DNA of 64,000 nucleotides from Pseudomonadota bacterium (GTDB lineage Bacteria; Pseudomonadota; Alphaproteobacteria; Sphingomonadales; Sphingomonadaceae): NCBI GenBank assembly GCA_046733935.1, contig JBKPQH010000026.1, positions 2,905 to 66,904 of the forward strand, read 5' to 3'. Shown piece by piece: positions 58,354 to 64,000 of this stretch (position 1 is its first letter; each line of letters starts with the position of its first letter). The notes under the pieces were generated by a model. It saw only the letters and a program-made list of their open reading frames with translations, ran no database searches and was not told where the DNA came from. The position numbers and the translations under genes were made by a program.

Positions 58354-60897
58354 TCACATGAACGAGTGATTGGTCTCCAAATGCCAGGCCGAGGGAATCT
58401 GGTAGTTGGCATTGGGGTTCCAGGCGAAGCTTCCATTGGCTTGGCCCAGCCACTCGAAGAGGGTGCCCCCGCTATCGCGCCAAAGAACGTCGTAGCGGCC
58501 ATCCCCGTTGAAATCCCCAGTCGATGCAACCTGCCAGTTGGTCGGCGTCGAATAGAGGGCGGCGGCATTCCAGGCGAAGCTTCCATTGGCCTGGCCCAGC
58601 CACTCGGACACAACGCCCGCGTCGTCGCGCCAGACGATGTCGAAACGGCCATCGCCGTTAAAATCCCCCGTGCCCGCGACATGCCAACTCGAGGGCGTCG
58701 AATATGTGGCCGCCGAATTCCAGGTGAAGGACCCATTTCCCTGCCCAAGCCACTCGGCGAGCGTCCCACCGGAGTCGAGCCACAGAATATCGTCGCGGCC
58801 GTCGTGGTTGAAATCGCCGATCCCCGCTACCGTCCAGCTTGATGGTGTCTGGTAACTCACACCAGCATTTGCTGCGAAACTGCCGTTGGCCTGGGCAAGC
58901 CACTCCGTCGTCGTGCCGTTGAGATCCCGCCAGAGGATGTCATCCCGGCCATCGCCGTTGAAGTCTCCAGTCGCTGCGATCGAGAGCGTCGTCGACGCCT
59001 GCTGGGCACCTGCTGCATTCGCAACGAAGCTTCCATTGATCTGTGCGAGCGATTCGGAAAGCGTACCTGAGGAATCGCGCCACAGAATGTCATCTCGGCC
59101 GTCGCCGTTGAAGTCGCCAACGGCTACCACGTGCGAAGAAGTCGCCGCTGAATATTGGGCAGCAGGGTTCCAGCTGAAAGTGCCGTTGCCGGAACCCAGC
59201 CACTCGGAAACAGTGCCGTTCTGATCCCGCCACAGGACGTCACTCACTCCGTCGCCATTGAAGTCATTAGCGACGCGATGAACGGGATTACCCATCGCGA
59301 GCAGCACCCCGCCGCCCGCTGCGGCGCTCGCTGTGATCGTGCCGCTTGGTGCGCCGGCCAACTGAACGACCGTGCTACCGTTGATCGTCAGCGTCGTACC
59401 GCTGACATTGAACGTAAAGCCGGACAGCGACGCGTTGGTGATAACGATCGTATCGCCGGCGCTAAAGTCGGTGATGGTGTCGCCGTTCAGGCCAGCAAGC
59501 GTGTCTTGGAATGTGTCATTCCCGGCGCCACCGGTGAGCTTGTCGATTCCCAAACCGCCGGTGATGACATTCGCGGCCGAATTGCCGATGATCGTGTCGG
59601 CACCTGTGCCGCCCGTCGCGTTCTCGATCACGGTCCCGCGAGCAATGCTGACGTTGCCGATCCTTCCGCCGATATTCGAGAATGTCTCGGAATTGAGATT
59701 GATCAGCTGCGTCTGGCTGAATCCGGAATAATCCAGCGTATCGATGCCGCCGCTGTCGATGATCGTGTAGCCGGGGAAAGCCGCGCCCTGGGGACTTTGC
59801 TGGATGTAGGTGACATTATAGACGCTGTTGCCGGTGTTCGAGTTGAACCCGTAGGTCGTGTTGCTTGTCCGGGTGGTGGTCGACAGGCCGTACATCTGCT
59901 GCATCGCGACGATGTCGGCGCCCATCGGCGTCAGCACGAATTCCCGCGTAAAGCCCTGGTTCGAGAAATAGGCATTATCGCTTTGGTCGAAGTACGACAT
60001 GATCGTCGTCGACCAGGCGTCGTTCGCATACAGGGCGTCCTGAACATAATCGGCCGTGTTGTTGTAGTTGCCCGCGTGCCCGAGGCCGAGCGCGTGGCCG
60101 ATCTCGTGCAGGTAGGTCATGAAGCTGTAGCTGTTCAGGCTGGTGCCGTAATTGTTCACCCATGATTGCGAGATCTGGATGTTGGCCGAGGTGATCAGAG
60201 AGCCTGAGGTGTGGTCGATCGTCGATGCGACGGGGCCGTTCGCTGTCGGATCTTCGGAGTCGTCGAAGCGGATCTGGCCGCCGGTCGTGACCGGCGTGAA
60301 AGTGACTCCGATAATGTCCGACCATTCGCCAAGGGCGGCGATGGCGAGCGTTTGCTCGGCCGGCGTCAGAGTCGAGTAATTGACGGTGATGGTCCCGCCC
60401 TGGCTGACGGCAAAGTGCCGCGCCGACTGGCCGGTAGAATTCCAGTAGCCGTTGACCAGCTGGTTCGCGATCTGGTCATTCGTCCAGACGGCGGGCGGCG
60501 TATAGGGCTGCACCGAAAGCGTGTAATTGCCGATGATCGCGTTCGGCCCTGGATTAGGCTGGTTGGAGTTATCGGCGAGCGAGGTCGCATCCCATGCGCC
60601 GGCGTCTATGTAATAGGTGCCGCTCGTCGTGGCGGTGAACACGATCTTCGAATTGAGTGTCCCGCCATTATCGTCGTTGTGCGCGAGAAGGACACCGGTC
60701 GAGCTTCGGAGGTTCAGGTAAGTATCCGAGACTCCGCCGGGACCCGAGGTTCCTGACAGCGAGATCGTGATCTGCTGCCCTGCGGTTAGGCTGATCCGGT
60801 ACCAGTCATGGTCGCCCGCAACCTCGAGCATGCCCTGGATCGTACCCCCAACTGTGATGCTCGCCGTCGTCGACGTGCTGGCTGGAACGTCAGTCAA
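58354..60897 (-). CDS. serralysin-type (M10B) zinc metalloprotease fused to RTX and FG-GAP repeats
   Basis: 847 aa. N-terminal PPC-like domain (GDHDWYRISL...YYIDAG). HEIGHALGLGH (aa 264-274; nt 60076-60108). Met-turn TIMSYF. RTX aa 428-463. Six DFNGDG repeats at aa 545, 595, 645, 695, 745 and 795. Confidence 0.85.
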   Translation of the reverse strand: MTDVPASTSTTASITVGGTIQGMLEVAGDHDWYRISLTAGQQITISLSGTSGPGGVSDTYLNLRSSTGVLLAHNDDNGGTLNSKIVFTATTSGTYYIDAGAWDATSLADNSNQPNPGPNAIIGNYTLSVQPYTPPAVWTNDQIANQLVNGYWNSTGQSARHFAVSQGGTITVNYSTLTPAEQTLAIAALGEWSDIIGVTFTPVTTGGQIRFDDSEDPTANGPVASTIDHTSGSLITSANIQISQSWVNNYGTSLNSYSFMTYLHEIGHALGLGHAGNYNNTADYVQDALYANDAWSTTIMSYFDQSDNAYFSNQGFTREFVLTPMGADIVAMQQMYGLSTTTRTSNTTYGFNSNTGNSVYNVTYIQQSPQGAAFPGYTIIDSGGIDTLDYSGFSQTQLINLNSETFSNIGGRIGNVSIARGTVIENATGGTGADTIIGNSAANVITGGLGIDKLTGGAGNDTFQDTLAGLNGDTITDFSAGDTIVITNASLSGFTFNVSGTTLTINGSTVVQLAGAPSGTITASAAAGGGVLLAMGNPVHRVANDFNGDGVSDVLWRDQNGTVSEWLGSGNGTFSWNPAAQYSAATSSHVVAVGDFNGDGRDDILWRDSSGTLSESLAQINGSFVANAAGAQQASTTLSIAATGDFNGDGRDDILWRDLNGTTTEWLAQANGSFAANAGVSYQTPSSWTVAGIGDFNHDGRDDILWLDSGGTLAEWLGQGNGSFTWNSAATYSTPSSWHVAGTGDFNGDGRFDIVWRDDAGVVSEWLGQANGSFAWNAAALYSTPTNWQVASTGDFNGDGRYDVLWRDSGGTLFEWLGQANGSFAWNPNANYQIPSAWHLETNHSFM
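58378..59265 (-). repeat. six in-frame 150-bp tandem repeats (FG-GAP blades)
   Basis: Exact 50-codon periodicity. Shares a 23-nt identical run (gcattggggttccaggcgaagct, 58409-58431) with 36484-36506. Confidence 0.85.
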
Positions 60898-60973
60898 CTC
60901 TTTACTCCCCTCGCAACCTCGGGCGAAACGCAGCCCGGGCTCCCATCATCCCAAACACCGGCTCAGGGGCCGA

Positions 60974-61348
60974 TCACGCCTTTTGCGCGGCCTTCGCCAC
61001 CTCTTCCGCGAGGCTCGCCGCAAACCGATCGATCGCCCACGGATTGAGATTACGGTCCATCACGGACATGTTCTGATCCGGAAGCTTCTTGCCGTTTGCG
61101 ACTACCGCCACTGTCAGCGCGGATTTTGAGAGCACCCGCACTTCAGCGCTGTACTTCACCTTCGGTGCGCGAACGGACATCGCCTTTTCGATTGCCGAAC
61201 AGATCGCCGCGGCACCGCCGGATTCCGGTGGCAATTTATCGCCGTTCAGCACCCGGCAAGGGCGGGCCTGGGGCGCGCTCATTGCCGGGACGCATGCCGC
61301 GACAGCAATCGCGGACGCGAGGATGCCTGCGAAGATTCTGCTCCACAT
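60974..61348 (-). CDS. secreted hypothetical protein (124 aa)
   Basis: Signal peptide MWSRIFAGILASAIAVAACVPAMSA. Directly upstream of the protease gene on the same strand. Confidence 0.6.
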   Translation of the reverse strand: MWSRIFAGILASAIAVAACVPAMSAPQARPCRVLNGDKLPPESGGAAAICSAIEKAMSVRAPKVKYSAEVRVLSKSALTVAVVANGKKLPDQNMSVMDRNLNPWAIDRFAASLAEEVAKAAQKA

Positions 61349-61434
61349 ACCATGCGACGTATCTCCGCATTGGTTAACAGTGGCTGACCCATTTGTGAAA
61401 TTTCTTCGTTATTTCAACGCTTAACGGTTGCCGG

Positions 61435-62136
61435 TTAATCGGCGCTGCGATCGTCCAAAAGGCGGCCCAGCGAGACGAATGCGTAGACCAGCGGCGGTAC
61501 CAGGACGGCCGAGAGCACGACTTTGGCGATCATCTGGCCGACGATCAGCTCCCCGATCGGGAACACGCCGTAGAACGCCACGGTGATGAAGATCAGAGTG
61601 TCCACGATTTGACTGAGCACGCTGGCTACTCCGGCCCGCAGCCACAGCAAGCGCCGTCCTTCGCTCGCTTTCAGCCGGCTGAAGATGGTGACGTTGAGAA
61701 AGGTCGAAACGCCGTAAGCGAGGATACCTCCGAGCCAGATGCGCGGGGTGCCGCCCATCACGGTTTCGAACGACGAGAGCCGGGTCGGGTCCATCTGCGG
61801 AGATGCTGGAAGCGCGAGCACAAGAAGGCTCAACGAGAGCGATACGAGGAGCGGCACGAAGCCAAAGAGGACGAGGCGATTGGCGGTCGAACGGCCATGA
61901 AGCTCCGCGACGGAGCTCGAAGTCACCACGAGGAGGAGGAAGGCAAGGATGCCGGCCTCTACCGCCAAGGGACCGAGCGCGATCTGCTTGTTGCCGAGCA
62001 CTCCGGCGATGCACACCATGCCGCCGTAAAAGATCGCGAAGGCGAACAGCGACAGCGGGATGCGCAGTCCCCGCGTAGGCTCCGCATCGAGCGCGGGTCT
62101 GGGCTGGCGGACGGCGGCGGTCACTTCCGAGGTCAT
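61435..62136 (-). CDS. yhhQ: queuosine-precursor transporter (YhhQ/DUF165)
   Basis: Track ORF trimmed to ATG 62136. FYGGMVCIAGVLGNKQ...VSQIVDTLIFITVAF. Confidence 0.8.
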   Translation of the reverse strand: MTSEVTAAVRQPRPALDAEPTRGLRIPLSLFAFAIFYGGMVCIAGVLGNKQIALGPLAVEAGILAFLLLVVTSSSVAELHGRSTANRLVLFGFVPLLVSLSLSLLVLALPASPQMDPTRLSSFETVMGGTPRIWLGGILAYGVSTFLNVTIFSRLKASEGRRLLWLRAGVASVLSQIVDTLIFITVAFYGVFPIGELIVGQMIAKVVLSAVLVPPLVYAFVSLGRLLDDRSAD

Positions 62137-62218
62137 CGTCCGCTGGCGTAATGGCTTTCGCTCGTCACGCAAGCGTCGCCGTTGACCGTCTGCGCATGCG
62201 GCGGCTAGCGGCGCGCTT

Positions 62219-63205
62219 GTGACCTCCAGCGAACTCGATGTCGTGGCGATCGGCGATGCGATCGTCGACGTGATTGCCACCTGTGACGACGCTTTCCTCG
62301 AGAAGCACCGGCTGCCGAAAGGGTCGATGCAGCTTCTCAGCTCGCCCGAGGCCGATGCGCTGTACGCCGCAATGGGACCGGCGAGGGAGATCAGCGGCGG
62401 CTCGGCCGCGAACAGCATGGCGGGCGCAGCCGCGCTCGGCCTGCGCGCGGCTTTCGTAGGTCAGGTGGCGGACGATCAGCTCGGCGACATTTTTGCGCAT
62501 GACATGCGCTCGCTCGGGGTGCGTTTCGAGACTGCGCCGCTGAGCCAGGGCCCGCCGACCGGCCGCTGCCTGATCCTGGTTACGCCCGATGCGCAGCGGA
62601 CGATGAACACGTGCCCGGGAGCGAGCCACGAGCTGACAACCCAGGCGCTCGATGAAGAACTCATTCGCTCCGCGGCCGTGACATTTCTGGAGGGGTATTT
62701 GTGGGGCCCCGAGCGGCCGCGTGCGGCAATGCTCGAGGCGGCCCACATCGCTCACGCCGCGGGGCGGACGGTCGCATTCACCTTGTCCGAAAGCCTGTGC
62801 ATTGCAGGACGGCGCGAAGGGGTGATGGGGATGATCGATTCCGGCGCCGTCGACATTCTCTTCGGCAATGAGCATGAGATGCGCCACCTGACCGCCTGTG
62901 ATGATGTGGCGGAATGCGTGAATGCGCTCGCGCCCAAAGTCCGAACCTTGGTCGTCACGCGCGGAGCAGATGGCGCGATGGCCGTGGCGAACGGCGCGCG
63001 CGTGGAGATTCCGGCCGCTCCGGTCGATAAGGTCGTGGACACGACAGGCGCCGGGGACTTGTTCGCCGCCGGATTCATCGCAGGCCGTTGCCGCGGGCGC
63101 GATCTGCGTGGATGCCTCGAGACGGGATCGATCGCCGCCGCGGAGGTCATCTCCCATTTCGGCGCTCGTCCCGAAGCCGATCTGAGGGAACTCGCCGCGC
63201 TATGA
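62219..63205 (+). CDS. adenosine kinase / PfkB-family ribokinase-like kinase
   Basis: 328 aa. DVVAIGDAIVDV and DTTGAGDLFAAGF. Confidence 0.8.
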   Translation: MTSSELDVVAIGDAIVDVIATCDDAFLEKHRLPKGSMQLLSSPEADALYAAMGPAREISGGSAANSMAGAAALGLRAAFVGQVADDQLGDIFAHDMRSLGVRFETAPLSQGPPTGRCLILVTPDAQRTMNTCPGASHELTTQALDEELIRSAAVTFLEGYLWGPERPRAAMLEAAHIAHAAGRTVAFTLSESLCIAGRREGVMGMIDSGAVDILFGNEHEMRHLTACDDVAECVNALAPKVRTLVVTRGADGAMAVANGARVEIPAAPVDKVVDTTGAGDLFAAGFIAGRCRGRDLRGCLETGSIAAAEVISHFGARPEADLRELAAL

Positions 63206-63780
63206 ACAATGTGAAGCGACTCGCCGTCTACTGCGGCTCCGCTCCTGGCGCTCAGGCGATCTTCGCCGACGCGACGAAAGCGACGGCGGAAGCCATGGTT
63301 CGACGCAACGTGGAGCTAGTCTACGGCGGCGGCAGGCTCGGCCTCATGGGGCTGATTGCCGACAGCGTGCTCGACCTCGGCGGGCAGGTTTACGGCGTGA
63401 TTCCGGCCGCGTTGATCGAACTCGAAGTCGCCCATGAAGGCGTGACCGAGCTTCACCGTGTCGAGACGATGCACGAGCGCAAGGCCAAGATGACCGAGCT
63501 CGCCGACGCGTTCCTCGCGCTTCCGGGGGGTATCGGCACGCTCGACGAGCTGTTCGAGGCGTGGAGCTGGAACGCGCTCGGTTATCACGCCAAGCCCTTC
63601 TGCCTGCTCAACGTCCAAGGCTTTTGGGACGGCATGATCGAGTTCATCGACCATGCGACGCGGAGCGGCTTCCTGTCGCAGCAGCGCCGCAGCCAGCTGC
63701 TCGTCGCGCAAACTCCGGACGAGGCATTGGAATTGCTGGACGAAGCCGCCGCAGCCGCTACGCAGGGCATGGTCTGGTAG
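63202..63780 (+). CDS. LOG-family (TIGR00730) nucleotide phosphoribohydrolase
   Basis: From ATG 63202, overlapping the upstream stop (ATGA). VYGGGRLGLMG and PGGIGTLDELFE. Confidence 0.85.
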   Translation: MNNVKRLAVYCGSAPGAQAIFADATKATAEAMVRRNVELVYGGGRLGLMGLIADSVLDLGGQVYGVIPAALIELEVAHEGVTELHRVETMHERKAKMTELADAFLALPGGIGTLDELFEAWSWNALGYHAKPFCLLNVQGFWDGMIEFIDHATRSGFLSQQRRSQLLVAQTPDEALELLDEAAAAATQGMVW

Positions 63781-63805
63781 GAAAGCCCGGGGGAGGGGCC
63801 AACCG

Positions 63806-64000
63806 GTGAATCAAAAGGTGCTCGGCGTTGCCGGGATCATTGTCATTCTCGGCATTGCCTATGCGCTTTCGACGAACCGAAAGGCGATCCGCCCGAGGGT
63901 CGTCGGAGCCGCGTTCGCGCTGCAGGCGGCGATCGCTTTCCTCGTGCTCTACACGAGCTGGGGCAGAGCAGGCATTCAGACGCTTTCGGGCGGCGTGAGC
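63806..64000 (+). CDS. nupC: NupC-family concentrative nucleoside transporter, N-terminal 65 codons (runs off window)
   Basis: Own translation from GTG 63806: (M)NQKVLGVAGIIVILGIAYALSTNRKAIRPRVVGAAFALQAAIAFLVL. Confidence 0.65.
   Translation, partial: MNQKVLGVAGIIVILGIAYALSTNRKAIRPRVVGAAFALQAAIAFLVLYTSWGRAGIQTLSGGVS

Noticed and set aside
62137-62218. preQ1 riboswitch upstream of yhhQ
   Set aside because: I did not recognise the preQ1-I/II consensus in the 82-bp gap. This needs a covariance-model scan for a definite answer.

Overview
64-kb, high-GC, gene-dense chromosomal window. The proteins look alphaproteobacterial and sphingomonad-like, but taxonomy cannot be verified from this window. 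I saw no rRNA, CRISPR array, transposase, integrase or phage genes. Positions 1-29.3 kb are mostly housekeeping: hemF (partial), glnB, map, tRNA-Gly(CCC), a marR-emrA-emrB efflux operon, an exported M3 peptidase, rplM-rpsI, ctaA, merC-like/zur, dxs, tlyA, tspO, ubiK-ybjN-proC, ilvE and padR. This part also holds a small low-GC islet (2.8-4.4 kb) of orphan ORFs bracketed by REP-like repeats. The notable part runs from tRNA-Gln (29.37 kb) to about 61.3 kb and is a ~29-kb surface-polysaccharide locus. It combines kdsA, rfbC-B-D-A, manA/manC, gmd-rmd (GDP-D-rhamnose route) and six glycosyltransferase modules with Kps-type export and anchoring genes (kpsE-M-T, kpsC, kpsS, a Wza-like OPX). It also encodes a methyltransferase/coiled-coil protein that resembles O-antigen chain terminators. 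Embedded in and flanking the locus are two paralogous RTX + six-repeat FG-GAP proteins, one fused to a serralysin-type protease, and a beta-barrel OMP with two long poly-proline tracts. The right end (61.4-64 kb) is a nucleoside/queuosine-precursor salvage cluster (yhhQ, adenosine kinase, LOG, partial nupC). Many long ORFs in the track are GC-rich antisense shadows and were not called. All family assignments come from motif recognition by eye; no searches were run.
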